Positions 10,341-20,820 of a DNA stretch of 64,000 bases are shown one piece after another. The stretch covers positions 62,001 to 126,000 of the forward strand of contig NZ_SBIV01000002.1 of NCBI RefSeq assembly GCF_004765795.1, in the 5' to 3' direction. The notes beneath the pieces are model-generated. The model searched no databases. It was not told the DNA's origin and worked only from the letters and a program-made list of their open reading frames with translations. This DNA comes from Halorussus marinus. GTDB taxonomy: Archaea > Halobacteriota > Halobacteria > Halobacteriales > Haladaptataceae. The position numbers and the translations under genes are program-made. How positions within the stretch are numbered: position 1 is the first letter of the stretch; each line of letters begins with the position of its first letter.

Positions 10341-12830
10341 ATGACGGACTCCGACAGGCGGTTCCGGCAGGTCGACGCGTCGTCGCTCGTTCCCGATGCG
10401 ATTCGGCGTCGATACGCTCGCAAGTTCTTCGTGGGCGTTCTGGTGGTGATACTCGTGACCGGGACCGTCGGTGCGTTCAGTTACGCGAACACCCAAGAGC
10501 GGTTGGAGTCGCAGGTCCGGAATCAGCTCACCTCGACCGCGGAACTGCAGGCCGACGGCCTGAACGGGTGGATCGAGGGGCGCTCGCGCCAGACTGAGAC
10601 CCTCTCGCAGGCCAAGCAGTTCCAGAACGGGAACGTCGAGGAGATCGGCCTCTATCTGCTGGACCGACAGCGGTCGCTCGACGGGAGCCTCGTCGCGGTC
10701 CACTACGTCAGAGTGCGTTCGGGCGAGATACTCGCCAGTACCTCGCGGGAAACGGTCGGCGGGAATCTGTCCGAACTCGCCGGCTGGGACACCGCCACCA
10801 TCGACAACAGAACGAACCAGCCGTCGTACGTCCACGTCACCGGCGATCCGTACGAGAGCCCGGTCTCCGGGAATCGGTCCATCGCGTTCGTGAGCGCGCC
10901 GCCGAAAAACACCGAGCACGCCGTGGTCGCGGTCGCCAGTCTGGGCGCGCGAGCGAGCGACTTCCATCAGACCGTCGACGCCGGCGAGACGATGGTCGTG
11001 GACGGCGGGGGCGAGACGGTGCTCGACACCGACGACACCGAGGCCGAGTCGTTCGACGCGGCGGCGCTGGCCCGGCGGACAGAGGGGAACGCCGATGGGT
11101 CGGCGACGCGGAACGCGACCGGATTCGCCGCGACGGAGTCGTCGGTCGTCGGATACGCGCCCGTGACGGGGACCGACTGGATCGTGTTGACCCACGCGCC
11201 GAAGGCCAGCGCCTACGCGATGCGCGACAGCGTCGGGACGAGCCTCGCGGCGATGGTCGTCGCGACCATCGCCATCCTGGGCGTCGCGGCGATCTGGTTC
11301 GGTCGGCGACAGACCGAGACGCTCGAATCGCTCACGGAGTCGGCGGCGGAGATAGAACGCGGGAACCTCGACGTTCCGCTGGAAACCGGGCGTATCGACG
11401 AGTTCGGCCGGCTCTACGACGGCTTCGACGCGATGCGCGACTCGTTGCGCGACGAGATCCGAGCCGCCGAGTCCGCCGAGTCCGAAGCCGAGCGCGCCCG
11501 CGAGGAGGTCGAGCGAGAGCGCCGGGAGGCCGAGCGCGCCCGCGCCGAGGCCGAGCGCCTCAGCGATCGACTCGAGGCGACTGCCGCCGATTTCGGCGAC
11601 GCGATGGCGGACTGCGCCGACGGCGACCTGACGCGTCGGCTCGACGAGGACGTCGACAGCGAGGCGATGGCGGCGGTCGCGCGCGCCTTCAACGAGATGC
11701 TCGACGAGTGGGACCAGACCCTGCGGTCGGTTCGCGCGTTCGGCGAGGCGGTCGCCGACGAGAGCGACCTCGTGAACGAGACGGTCTCGCAGGTGACCGA
11801 GACCAGCGCCGAGGTGAGCGACTCCGTCCGGCAGATCTCCGACGGCGCGGCCGAACAGAGCGACCACCTCGAGACGGCCGTCGCCGACATAAACGACTTT
11901 TCGACGACCGTCGAGGAGGTGTCGGCCGCCGCCGACGAGGCCGCCGAACGGGCCGAGCGCGTCGCCGAACGCGGCGAGGACGGGCGCGAGTCGGCGGCCT
12001 CCGCGGTCCGGGACCTCGACGCCATCGAGGCCCGGACCCAAGACACCGTCGAGGCGATCGAGGAACTGCGCGATCTGGTCGCGGACATCGAAGACGTGAC
12101 GGAGTTCATCACCGAAATCGCCGAGCAGACCAACTTGCTCGCGCTCAACGCCTCCATCGAGGCGGCCCGCGCGGGCGACGCCGGAGACGGGTTCGGCGTC
12201 GTCGCCGAGGAGATACAGGAATTGGCCGACCAGACCCGCGACGCGACCGAGGACATCGCGGCCTCTATCGACCGGGTCCGCGAACAGACCGACGACGCGG
12301 CGGCGGGAATTCACGAGACCCGGCGGGCGGTCTCGGACGGCGCCGAGACGGTCACCGAGGCGGTCGAGGCCTTCGAGGCGGTCGTCGACGGGGTCGCGGA
12401 GACGAACCGGGACATCCAAGCGATGAGCGACGCGACCGAGCGACAGGCCGAGTCGGCTCGCGAGGTCGTCGAGACGGTCGAAGCGGTCTCGGCGATCAGC
12501 GAGGAGACCGCCGCCGAAGCCCAGACCGTCGCGGCGGCGGCGACCGAGCAGACGACCGCGCTGGACGACGCCGCCGACGGCGTGGCCGCGCTGGCCGATC
12601 GGGCCGAGGACCTGAACGCCCTGCTCGAATCCTTCGAGACGGCCGGGGACCGAGAGATCGATCGAATCCCGGACGCCGCGAGCGCCGAGCGTTCGGACGA
12701 CCGGGACGCGAACGGCCGCGGGGCGAGCGACGGCCGCGATCACGGGAACGACGAGGCCCGGAACGGCGACGAGGACGGTACGGGATCGCGACGGAACGAC
12801 GAAAGCGGCGAAGCCGTGACGCCGCCGTAG
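10341..12830 (+). CDS. Methyl-accepting chemotaxis transducer (Htr) with extracellular Cache-like domain and HAMP domains
   Basis: Two TM helices flank the sensor region; DEFGRL HAMP; signalling hairpin [20 protein letters not shown]...GFGVVAEEI. Confidence 0.95.
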   Translation: MTDSDRRFRQVDASSLVPDAIRRRYARKFFVGVLVVILVTGTVGAFSYANTQERLESQVRNQLTSTAELQADGLNGWIEGRSRQTETLSQAKQFQNGNVEEIGLYLLDRQRSLDGSLVAVHYVRVRSGEILASTSRETVGGNLSELAGWDTATIDNRTNQPSYVHVTGDPYESPVSGNRSIAFVSAPPKNTEHAVVAVASLGARASDFHQTVDAGETMVVDGGGETVLDTDDTEAESFDAAALARRTEGNADGSATRNATGFAATESSVVGYAPVTGTDWIVLTHAPKASAYAMRDSVGTSLAAMVVATIAILGVAAIWFGRRQTETLESLTESAAEIERGNLDVPLETGRIDEFGRLYDGFDAMRDSLRDEIRAAESAESEAERAREEVERERREAERARAEAERLSDRLEATAADFGDAMADCADGDLTRRLDEDVDSEAMAAVARAFNEMLDEWDQTLRSVRAFGEAVADESDLVNETVSQVTETSAEVSDSVRQISDGAAEQSDHLETAVADINDFSTTVEEVSAAADEAAERAERVAERGEDGRESAASAVRDLDAIEARTQDTVEAIEELRDLVADIEDVTEFITEIAEQTNLLALNASIEAARAGDAGDGFGVVAEEIQELADQTRDATEDIAASIDRVREQTDDAAAGIHETRRAVSDGAETVTEAVEAFEAVVDGVAETNRDIQAMSDATERQAESAREVVETVEAVSAISEETAAEAQTVAAAATEQTTALDDAADGVAALADRAEDLNALLESFETAGDREIDRIPDAASAERSDDRDANGRGASDGRDHGNDEARNGDEDGTGSRRNDESGEAVTPP

Positions 12831-12920
12831 GGGCGACCGACTGCGTCCGCGGTCGGGCGCCGTAGCTGTCGACCGGCGTGCGGTCGTCCCGCCGACGCCG
12901 TCACGGCGCCCGGCCGCGTC

Positions 12921-13820
12921 TCACAGCAGGTCGCGGGCGGTCTCGGCCACCGATTCGGCGTCGTCGCCGAGGACGTACGTGATCGGCTCGATCCCGTAGC
13001 CGCCGGTGTGATAGAGGACGGTCGCGCCGGGCGTCTCGCGCAGGGCGGCGCCGACCGCGGCGTCGAGGTCGTCGTACTCGGCGTCGAACGCCGCGGTCTC
13101 GCGGCCGAGGTCGCGCAGGGCCGCGACCAGATCGGGGTCGTAGCGGAGGTTCATCGCCGCTCGCGCGTCGCTACCGTTGGCCCGGGCCGCCAGCAGGACG
13201 GAGGCGACGTGCTCGCTCACGCCGAACTCCGGTTCGGAGGGGATCGTCGCCCGACCCTTCACGTCGAAGATCCGGCCCGGGACGCCGGCCACGTCGTCGA
13301 TTCCGTCGGCGTCGGGCGTACACTCACAGAGGTTCGACCCGACCGCCGGGATGAGCGACGCGAACCCGCTGGCGCTCTCGACGATGGTCAGCCCGCGCCT
13401 CAGAGACGACCGGACGCGTTCGGTCACCCGGAGGTCGCCCTCCGGATCGTGGACGTTGAAGTCGCCGCCGTAGCCCGACAGTTCGGGCATCTGGAGCTCG
13501 TGGATCTCCGCGAGCAGGTCGCGGTCTTCGAGCCGACGGACCAGCACCTCGATCTCGACCAGCGCCTCGACTCGGCTCATCGTCCCCTCGGCGAGCCCTT
13601 CGCCGACCCGGGCGACGAGGGACTCGACCCGGTCGTCCCGGAGCACCCGGTCGTTGCGTTCGACCTCGCCGTTGGCGTACTTCGAGACCGCGCTCTGGGA
13701 GATGCCGAGCAGGTCCGCGACCTCGCTCTGGGTGAGCCCGCGCTCGCGGAGGTCCTCGGCCAGCATCGACCGCACCGTCGGAAGCAACTCCTCGACGACG
13801 ATCTCCTCGACGAACCTCAT
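12921..13820 (-). CDS. thiR: ThiR-type regulator (N-terminal HTH plus ThiN thiamine-phosphate-binding domain)
   Basis: [42 protein letters not shown] and GGYGIEP ThiN motifs; near thi4. Confidence 0.85.
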   Translation of the reverse strand: MRFVEEIVVEELLPTVRSMLAEDLRERGLTQSEVADLLGISQSAVSKYANGEVERNDRVLRDDRVESLVARVGEGLAEGTMSRVEALVEIEVLVRRLEDRDLLAEIHELQMPELSGYGGDFNVHDPEGDLRVTERVRSSLRRGLTIVESASGFASLIPAVGSNLCECTPDADGIDDVAGVPGRIFDVKGRATIPSEPEFGVSEHVASVLLAARANGSDARAAMNLRYDPDLVAALRDLGRETAAFDAEYDDLDAAVGAALRETPGATVLYHTGGYGIEPITYVLGDDAESVAETARDLL

Positions 13821-14434
13821 CGGGAGTCACCCGACCCGTCGGGGGCCTTCTGGTCGCCGCCGAACTCGTGGTCGCCGCCGATCCGAGAGGCCTGCGGCCC
13901 CGACTGGTCCTGATACTTCGAGCCCCGCTCCTCGCCGTAGGGGCGGTCGGCGGCGGTCCGGAGCTCGGTGAAGATGAGCTGGGAGATGCGAGTGCCCGGT
14001 TTGAGCGCCACGGGCGCGGTGCCGAGGTTCGAGAGTTCGAGGGTGATCTGACCGCAGTAGCCCGGGTCGACGACCCCGGCGGTGGCGTGGATGACGACCG
14101 CGAGCCGGCCGAACGACGACCGGCCCTCGACGTGGGCGATGAGGTCGGCCGGGATCTCGACGCGTTCTTTGGTGGTGCCGAGCACGAAGTCCCCGGGGTG
14201 GAGGATGAACTCTTCGCCCTCCTCGACGACCGTCTCGGAGACGTACTCGGAGATCTCCTGCTCGCTGTCGGGGTGGATACAGGAGATGTTAGTACGTTGG
14301 AACTCCAGGAACTCCCGACCCAGTCGGAGGTCGACGCTGGCGGGCTGGATCTGGAGGTCCGGGTCGTCGAGGGGGTCGACGACGAGATCGCCGGCCTCCA
14401 TCCGGTCGAGGATGTCCGCGTCCGAGAGTATCAT
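13817..14434 (-). CDS. dcd: dCTP deaminase
   Basis: [30 protein letters not shown] and ITLELSN. Confidence 0.96.
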   Translation of the reverse strand: MILSDADILDRMEAGDLVVDPLDDPDLQIQPASVDLRLGREFLEFQRTNISCIHPDSEQEISEYVSETVVEEGEEFILHPGDFVLGTTKERVEIPADLIAHVEGRSSFGRLAVVIHATAGVVDPGYCGQITLELSNLGTAPVALKPGTRISQLIFTELRTAADRPYGEERGSKYQDQSGPQASRIGGDHEFGGDQKAPDGSGDSR

Positions 14435-14475
14435 ACCCGGCAGTTAGTGCGAGGGTGCCTAAATAATCCGGTCTC

Positions 14476-14577
14476 TCAGGCGAGCGAGACGAGCAGGCCG
14501 GCGAGCGCGACGGTCCCCCCGGCGAACGCCGCCGGGCGCGTCGGGAGGTCGCGGGCGTGTTTCAGCCCGAACGCCAC
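14476..14577 (-). pseudogene. Possible C-terminal remnant of a membrane-protein (Yip1-like) gene
   Basis: The frame reads [33 protein letters not shown] with an in-frame TGA five codons upstream. The family resemblance is from recall only. Confidence 0.35.
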
Positions 14578-14627
14578 CGCCGGTTCGAGTAGTCACCGAT
14601 TTAACGGCCGACCGCGTTCGAGCGGAC

Positions 14628-14966
14628 ATGAAACAGGCCATCGTCGCCCGAACGGACGTCGGCATGGGACAGGGAAAGCTCGCCGCGCAGGTCGCCCACG
14701 CCTCGCTGTCGGCCTACGAGGAGACCGGAACCAAGGCCCGCAAAGAGTGGAAAGGCGGCGGCCAGAAGAAGATCGTCCTGCAGGCCGACGGCGAAGACCG
14801 GATCTTCGAGCTCGCCGAGAAAGCGCGAGCCGAAGGGCTCGCCCACGCCGTGGTCCGGGACGCGGGCCACACCCAACTCGACCCGGGCACCGTCACCGCG
14901 CTCGCGGTCGGTCCCGCCGACGAGGAGCTCGTCGACAAGGTGACGGGCGACCTCTCGCTGTACTAA
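14628..14966 (+). CDS. pth2: Peptidyl-tRNA hydrolase Pth2
   Basis: [16 protein letters not shown] and [19 protein letters not shown]. Confidence 0.96.
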   Translation: MKQAIVARTDVGMGQGKLAAQVAHASLSAYEETGTKARKEWKGGGQKKIVLQADGEDRIFELAEKARAEGLAHAVVRDAGHTQLDPGTVTALAVGPADEELVDKVTGDLSLY

Positions 14967-15340
14967 TCCGGGCAGTCGGACTCGTCGACGAGCACGTCCA
15001 GAAGCTCGTCGAGCGGATCGGTCCCGCGATAGCGGACGACGTCGGTTCGGGGGTCGAAATCGACGACGCCCTCGTCGGCCAGCCGCGGTAGGGTGCTGTG
15101 GTGGAGCCCGACCAGCGCGCGCTCCCGATCGGAGCCGTCGGGACCGCGGGCGAGGACACCGGCGAGGTCCTCGATCGAGCGGGCCGGCTCGTCGGCCGCG
15201 TACAGCGTTTCGAGGACCGCGCGCCGGCGCCGATCACCGAGCACGTCGAACGCCTGGTTCAGCGCGGCGTCGTCGGCCGTCTCAGTGGTTCGAAGCCCGT
15301 TCTCGGCGTCGGTCGCTCCGAGTCGGTTTGTATCGGACAT
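14963..15340 (-). CDS. Small haloarchaeal ArsR-like winged-helix protein (DUF7344-like)
   Basis: [13 protein letters not shown]...[18 protein letters not shown]. Confidence 0.8.
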   Translation of the reverse strand: MSDTNRLGATDAENGLRTTETADDAALNQAFDVLGDRRRRAVLETLYAADEPARSIEDLAGVLARGPDGSDRERALVGLHHSTLPRLADEGVVDFDPRTDVVRYRGTDPLDELLDVLVDESDCPD

Positions 15341-15533
15341 CAGCTCTATTTGTGACTCGAAACGGAAACCCTTGCGAGCTTTTCACGATCGAGCGGGTAT
15401 TGATTAACCGAGTGAACGCGATCGCGGTCGAACACCGACGCGGCGACGCGTTCGCCGACCCGCGACTCGGAGCGGGACCGTCGGCCGTCGGCGGAAGCCA
15501 GATACAAGCGGTTCCTCGACCAAGGGCCGACGA

Positions 15534-16877
15534 ATGCGCGAGGCGTACCCAGTCGAGCGGGCGGTCGGGATCGAGCACTTCGTCAGCGACGCCGACGGCG
15601 TCGGCGGCCACATCCGCGAAGAGGACGCCGACTTCCGGGTCCGGGAGGTCGAACGGTTCGACGCCGAACCGGTCGGCGCCGACCCGGGCGCCTACCCCTA
15701 CCTCGTGGTCCGGGCGACTCTCCGTGGGTGGGACACCAACGACTTCGCGAGACGGCTCTCGGACGCGCTGGGGATCAGCCGCGAGCGCGTCTCGTGGGCC
15801 GGCACCAAGGACAAGCACGCGGTGACGACCCAGCTGTTCAGCCTCCGGAAGGTCGACGCGGAGGACCTCGACGGCCTCGACGTCCGGGACGTCGACCTCG
15901 ACGTCGTCGGGCGCGCGGGCCGCGGGCTGGAGTTCGGCGACCTCGCGGGCAACGCCTTCGAGATCACCGTCCGGGACGCCGATCGCCCCGCCAACGCCCC
16001 GGCAGTCCGCGAGCAACTCGAAGCGTTCGGCGGGGGCGACCCCGGGACCGTCGGCGTCCCGGACTTCTTCGGCCAACAGCGGTTCGGGAGCCACCGGCCG
16101 GTCACCCACGAGGTCGGGCTCGCCGTCGTCCGCGGCGAGTGGGAGGCGGCGGTCCGGGCGTACGTCGTCGAACCCTACGAGACCGAGCCCGAAGACACCC
16201 GGCGGGCGCGCCGGGAGGCCGCAGACGCCTTCGCGGCCCGCGACTGGCGGGGCGTGGTCGAGGCGCTCCCGCGGCGGCTCGGCTTCGAGCGCGCGATGGC
16301 GAACCGGCTGGCCGAGCGCGGCGGCGACGCCCCCGAGGACTTCCGGGCGGCGCTCGAAGCGGTGCCATCGAACCTCCAGCGGCTGTTCGTCAACGCCGCC
16401 CAGTCGTACGCGTTCAACCGCATCCTGAGCGAGCGCCTCGAACGCGGGCTCCCGTTCGACCGGCCGGTCGCCGGCGACGTGGTCTGCTTCTCGGAGACCG
16501 TCTCGGGGCTGACGGTGCCCGACACCGACCGCGAACAGCGCGTGACCGAGAGCCGGGTCGAGACGGTCGCGCGCCACTGCGAGCGCGGCCGGGCGTTCGT
16601 GACCGCGCCGCTGGTCGGGACCGCGACCGAACTCGGGGCGGGCGAGCCCGGCGAGATCGAGCGCGAGGTGCTCGATGATCTCGATCTGAGTCCCGGGGAC
16701 TTCGACCTGCCGGGGGAGTTCGACTCGACCGGGACCCGTCGGCCCGTCCTCGTGCGGACCGACCTCGACGTCGCGATCGAAGACGAGGCGGTGACCTTCG
16801 AGTTCTCGCTCCCGAAGGGCTCGTACGCGACCGTCGTGCTCCGGGAGTTTCTGAAGACCGATCCCGCCGACGAGTGA
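15534..16877 (+). CDS. truD: tRNA pseudouridine(13) synthase TruD
   Basis: [34 protein letters not shown] and [13 protein letters not shown]. Confidence 0.96.
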   Translation: MREAYPVERAVGIEHFVSDADGVGGHIREEDADFRVREVERFDAEPVGADPGAYPYLVVRATLRGWDTNDFARRLSDALGISRERVSWAGTKDKHAVTTQLFSLRKVDAEDLDGLDVRDVDLDVVGRAGRGLEFGDLAGNAFEITVRDADRPANAPAVREQLEAFGGGDPGTVGVPDFFGQQRFGSHRPVTHEVGLAVVRGEWEAAVRAYVVEPYETEPEDTRRARREAADAFAARDWRGVVEALPRRLGFERAMANRLAERGGDAPEDFRAALEAVPSNLQRLFVNAAQSYAFNRILSERLERGLPFDRPVAGDVVCFSETVSGLTVPDTDREQRVTESRVETVARHCERGRAFVTAPLVGTATELGAGEPGEIEREVLDDLDLSPGDFDLPGEFDSTGTRRPVLVRTDLDVAIEDEAVTFEFSLPKGSYATVVLREFLKTDPADE

Positions 16878-16990
16878 GCGACCGCCGGCTGGGTCGCCGA
16901 GGCGAGCCGCGCGTCGGGGCGCCCGGCGGGAGTCGATCGGCGCGACGCGAAACACCGGGGTTAAATCCCGCCCGCGGCTAGGACCCGACT

Positions 16991-17710
16991 ATGGAGTGTC
17001 GGCAGTGTGCGTCCCCGCTGGAACGACCGGGCGACTACTGTCTGGTCTGTCGGACGCCCAACGCCGACGCCGTGGTGCTGGACCTCGACCGCGACCGGGC
17101 GACGCTCACGATGCTCGACGGCGAGGAAGTAGTCGGCGAGACCATCGTCACGACCACCCCCGAGGACGGCGGCGAGGAGGGGGTCGTCGAACTCCGGAAC
17201 TTCGCCGGGCGGGTCGCCGACGAGGTCCGGCGAAAGCGCCCCGAGGAGGTGTACGCCGCGGGCGACCGCGACGTGCTCCGGGCGACCCGCGGGCAGTTGC
17301 GCTACTCGTTCTACCGGGTCGAGGACGACGACCCCGTGGCGGCGGTCCAGTCCCGGCGAGGCGACCGCGCGCTGGAGGTGGTCGAGACCCCGCCGGCCGA
17401 GAAGATCGGCGGGAGCCACTCGACGCTGATCGGGGGCCGCACCGGCCGGAAGGTCGTCCACACGGTCGCGGGCCACCCGCACGTCAAGAAGGTGATCCCG
17501 GGACCGATCGAGGCCGGCGGTTCGGGGAGCCGGACCGGCATCCGCGCGAAGGCGACCCGGGCCGGCGAGAACGGCAACGTACGACTCTTGCTCCGGGACG
17601 GCTCCAGCGTGCAGGAAAACCGGATCGTCACGACCGCGAAAGACCGCGAGACCGGCGAGCGCGTCAGGGCCGACCTCAACGACGTGTTGACCGAGGCGGA
17701 GTTGCAGTAG
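16991..17710 (+). CDS. DUF2103-domain protein with N-terminal zinc ribbon
   Basis: CRQC...CLVC at the N-terminus; KIGGSHSTLIGG and HPHVKKVIPGPI at the C-terminus. Confidence 0.8.
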   Translation: MECRQCASPLERPGDYCLVCRTPNADAVVLDLDRDRATLTMLDGEEVVGETIVTTTPEDGGEEGVVELRNFAGRVADEVRRKRPEEVYAAGDRDVLRATRGQLRYSFYRVEDDDPVAAVQSRRGDRALEVVETPPAEKIGGSHSTLIGGRTGRKVVHTVAGHPHVKKVIPGPIEAGGSGSRTGIRAKATRAGENGNVRLLLRDGSSVQENRIVTTAKDRETGERVRADLNDVLTEAELQ

Positions 17711-17837
17711 GCGGTCCCGGGTCGAGTTCTCCGTTCGAAAAACGGGTTCCGAAGGCGTTCAGCGCACGCTACGTCGGCGGCGGTCCGCATCGAGCGCCGC
17801 AAGCTTCTTGTGGGAAGTAATTATATCTAATTACGCG

Positions 17838-18002
17838 ATGGTCAGCTACTACGACGCGGTCCTCGCGGCGATACCGCTACTCTCCGGGGGCGGGTATCTG
17901 GTGGGACAGCTCACGGGGCTTCCGGGCGCGATCGCGGGGCTGGTGGCGTCGCTCGCGGTCATCGGTCACGAACTGTTCGATCCGCCGGGCGCGGGCGACT
18001 GA
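17838..18002 (+). CDS. Small membrane protein (54 aa)
   Basis: [13 protein letters not shown]...IGHELFDPP; two hydrophobic segments; AT-rich promoter-like sequence upstream. Confidence 0.7.
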   Translation: MVSYYDAVLAAIPLLSGGGYLVGQLTGLPGAIAGLVASLAVIGHELFDPPGAGD

Positions 18003-18056
18003 GCGCCGCCTCGACTCAAAGGCTTTATGAGCGCGCCCGGATAAATTCGCAGTACT

Positions 18057-18344
18057 ATGGCCGAAGACACTCAGAGCCGCACCGGCAGCGCCGGGCGGTT
18101 CGGAGCGCGATACGGGCGCGTCGCTCGCAGGCGCGTCGCCGACATCGAGAGCGACATGAACGACGACCACGCCTGCCCCGAGTGCGGCTCGGACGCCGTC
18201 GACCGGAAGGGCACCGGCATCTGGCAGTGTGGCAAGTGCGACTACAAGTTCGCCGGCGGCACCTACCGCCCCGAGACGCCCGCCGGTCGCACCGTCACCC
18301 GATCCATCCGGGCCGCGCTCGGCGACGACGAAAGCGACGAATGA
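18057..18344 (+). CDS. rpl37ae: 50S ribosomal protein L37Ae (eL43)
   Basis: GRFGARYG and CPEC...GIWQCGKC...GGTY. Confidence 0.97.
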   Translation: MAEDTQSRTGSAGRFGARYGRVARRRVADIESDMNDDHACPECGSDAVDRKGTGIWQCGKCDYKFAGGTYRPETPAGRTVTRSIRAALGDDESDE

Positions 18345-18475
18345 GCTACAAGTGTTCGCGGTGCAAGCGCGACGTCGAACTCGACGAGTACGGCGGCGTC
18401 CGCTGTCCGTACTGTGGCCACCGCGTGCTACTGAAAGAGCGGAGCCGCGACGTCAAGGAAGTCAGCGTCAACTGA
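18341..18475 (+). CDS. rpoP: RNA polymerase subunit P (Rpo12)
   Basis: MSYKCSRC...[19 protein letters not shown] overlap with rpl37ae. Confidence 0.96.
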   Translation: MSYKCSRCKRDVELDEYGGVRCPYCGHRVLLKERSRDVKEVSVN

Positions 18476-18491
18476 GCGTCCGCGCCCCCGC

Positions 18492-18743
18492 ATGAGCGAC
18501 CGCCCGCACGACGCCGTTCTCCGCTTTTCGTACGAATCGACCAGCCGCGCCCGGACCGTCGCCCGCGCGGTCTCCCGGGAGGTCGGCGAGATCGACGGCG
18601 ACCGGTCGGCCGCGAGCGTCTCCCGAGAGGGCGCGACCGTCGCGGTCCGCGTGGTCGCCGACGACCTCGTGGCGCTCCGAGCGGGGCTGAACTCGTGGGG
18701 GTCGCTGGTCGAGGTGGCCGAGCGGACGACCGCGGCCGCGTGA
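18492..18743 (+). CDS. pcc1: KEOPS complex subunit Pcc1
   Basis: ADDLVALRAGLNSW motif; conserved position after rpoP. Confidence 0.9.
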   Translation: MSDRPHDAVLRFSYESTSRARTVARAVSREVGEIDGDRSAASVSREGATVAVRVVADDLVALRAGLNSWGSLVEVAERTTAAA

Positions 18744-18881
18744 GTTCGGGCTCGATCGGCGGCCACTCCCGACGGCGTACGAGCGCCCGCGCGCCGGGTC
18801 GCCGAGTCCGGGACGACCGCCGGTCAGCGCCGCCGGACCCGAAAGCGGGGGTTTTTCAGTCCGGGGAGCATCCATCGACGT

Positions 18882-19283
18882 ATGCAGGGTAATCTGCCAC
18901 CGGAAGCACAAGAGAAACTCGAAGATCTGCAGGACCTTCAGGAGACGGCCCAGCAGGTCGCCGCCCAGAAGAACCAGGCCGAGACCCAGCTCACCGAGGC
19001 CCAGACCGCCCTCGACGAGCTCGAGGACATCGACGAGGAGACGACGATGTACCGCGAGGTCGGCGAACTGCTCGTCAAGACCGGCTACGACGAGGCCCAG
19101 GACGACCTCGAAGAGAAGGTCGACAGCCTCGAAATCCGCGTCGAGACCCTCCAGAAACAGGAAGAGCGCGTTCAAGAGCAGTTCGAGAGCCTCCAGCAGG
19201 AGCTCCAGCAGATGCTGGGCGGCGGTGGCGGCCCCGGCGGCCCGCAGGGCCCCGGCATGGGCGGCGGCGCCGGCGGCGCATAG
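18882..19283 (+). CDS. pfdB: Prefoldin beta subunit
   Basis: LPPEAQ coiled coil, [11 protein letters not shown] hairpin and Gly-rich tail. Confidence 0.95.
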   Translation: MQGNLPPEAQEKLEDLQDLQETAQQVAAQKNQAETQLTEAQTALDELEDIDEETTMYREVGELLVKTGYDEAQDDLEEKVDSLEIRVETLQKQEERVQEQFESLQQELQQMLGGGGGPGGPQGPGMGGGAGGA

Positions 19284-19529
19284 ATGCCCAGCGACGACGA
19301 GGTCGTCCAGACCGCCGCCGAGGCCGCCGAAGGCGTCATCTTCGCCCGGTTCAAGCAGTCGGCGGTGAAAGACTTCGACGTGACGGTCACGTTCGAAGAC
19401 GGGATCCTCGACGTGGACGTGTATCTCAACGTTCCTGACGCCCGCGACGAGGAAGACCAGGTCGCCGAGGACGCCGCCCTCGCGGCGCGTTCGGCGGTCG
19501 ACGACCTATTCGCCGAGACTGACGGCTGA
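19284..19529 (+). CDS. DUF3194 family protein
   Basis: AAEAAEGVIF...LDVDVYL...AVDDLF; directly follows pfdB. Confidence 0.85.
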   Translation: MPSDDEVVQTAAEAAEGVIFARFKQSAVKDFDVTVTFEDGILDVDVYLNVPDARDEEDQVAEDAALAARSAVDDLFAETDG

Positions 19530-19737
19530 GGTCCCGATCCGGCCGTCATTTTCTCACCCCGAGCGTAGACTGTGACGCGCCCGCGAACCGCGTGACACCA
19601 CAAAGTATATTTCGTTCGCCTGGGCTCAGTCCGAACACCGCGGGTAGGGGTACTTCGCGGTGTTCTTTCGTGACCGCGCCGAACGGCGGCGGTTCAATAT
19701 GAGAAATCTAATTTATTAGTGTCTCGTAGTCGCCTCG

Positions 19738-20385
19738 ATGAGTATCCTGACCGAGTTCTCGGTTCCGGCCGACGATTTCCTGCTGAACTGGTCGCTGCAG
19801 AGCGTCCCCGAAATGCACGTCGAGATCGAGCGCGTCGTCGTCGAGAGCCGCGACGTGACGCCGTTCTTCTGGGCGAGCGGGAGCGACTTCGAGACGTTCG
19901 AGGACGCCCTCGCGGAGGATCCGTCGGTCGAGGACGTTCGGATGCTCGACGACCATGACGACGGACGACTCTATCAAGCGAACTGGCGCCAGAACTACCA
20001 GCACGTCACCTACGCGGTTTCGGACACCGACGCGACGATTCTCGACGCCGAGGGCGGGGCCGACGGGTGGTCGGTCCAGATTCTGTTCCCCGAAGAGGAC
20101 GCCCTGCAGTCGTTCCAGGAGTACGCGGCGGCTAACGACGTCTCGTTCGTCCTCGAACGCCTGCGACGCTCGGAGTACCCCGAGATGCTCGGCAAGTACG
20201 ACGTGACCGACGAACAGTACGAGGCGCTGGTCGCCGCGTACAAGCGGGGCTACTTCGAGGTGCCGGGCGAGATCAGTCTCGCGGACCTGGCCGAGGCGCT
20301 CGACATATCGAAGAACGCCGCCTCGGCCCGGCTCCGGCGGGGGTACGGCAACCTGGTCGAGAACACGCTCGTACACGATTTCTGA
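19738..20385 (+). CDS. HTH-10 (bacterio-opsin activator type) transcriptional regulator
   Basis: C-terminal TDEQYEALVAAYKRGYFEVP...LAEALDISKNAASARLRRG. Confidence 0.9.
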   Translation: MSILTEFSVPADDFLLNWSLQSVPEMHVEIERVVVESRDVTPFFWASGSDFETFEDALAEDPSVEDVRMLDDHDDGRLYQANWRQNYQHVTYAVSDTDATILDAEGGADGWSVQILFPEEDALQSFQEYAAANDVSFVLERLRRSEYPEMLGKYDVTDEQYEALVAAYKRGYFEVPGEISLADLAEALDISKNAASARLRRGYGNLVENTLVHDF

Positions 20386-20399
20386 CCCCATATGAACGA

Positions 20400-20413
20400 T
20401 GTGACGCGTCACA
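20400..20413. promoter_or_regulatory. Perfect 14-bp palindrome TGTGACGCGTCACA, candidate operator
   Basis: Read directly from the sequence; lies between the HTH-10 stop codon and the next ATG at 20451. Confidence 0.5.
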
Positions 20414-20450
20414 CGACACCGGGAGGGAGCCATGTGACCACCACTACAGT

Positions 20451-20798
20451 ATGGCAGAAACTCTCCCCGACAGCGAGCGACCCCCGTCGATCGACTCGCT
20501 GTTCGACGCGCTGTCGGATCGCCGGCGCCGCGTCGTCGTCCGGTATCTGATCGACCGCACCGACCGAACCGCCCACGTCGGGACGCTGGCCGCCGAACTG
20601 TGTCGAGCAGCGAGCGCCGACCCCGGCGCGTTCGAAGCGACGCTCCGGCACGTTCACTTGCCGAAGCTGGCCGACGTCGGTCTCGTCGCCTACGACGAGG
20701 CCGACGAGACGGTCCGCTACCGGGAGCACCCTGCGGTCGAGTCGCTGCTCGAAACTGCGGCTCCGACAGAACGCGAGCCGGTCGCGGCGGGGAACTGA
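20451..20798 (+). CDS. Small ArsR-like winged-helix protein (DUF7344-like)
   Basis: LFDALSDRRRRVVVRYL...LRHVHLPKLADVGLVAYD. Confidence 0.85.
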   Translation: MAETLPDSERPPSIDSLFDALSDRRRRVVVRYLIDRTDRTAHVGTLAAELCRAASADPGAFEATLRHVHLPKLADVGLVAYDEADETVRYREHPAVESLLETAAPTEREPVAAGN

Positions 20799-20820
20799 CC
20801 GAACCCGTCGGCGGTAGTGC

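Noticed and set aside
19215..19283. Gly/Pro-rich GGC repeats at the end of pfdB
   Set aside because: This is an ordinary flexible tail of haloarchaeal prefoldin beta.
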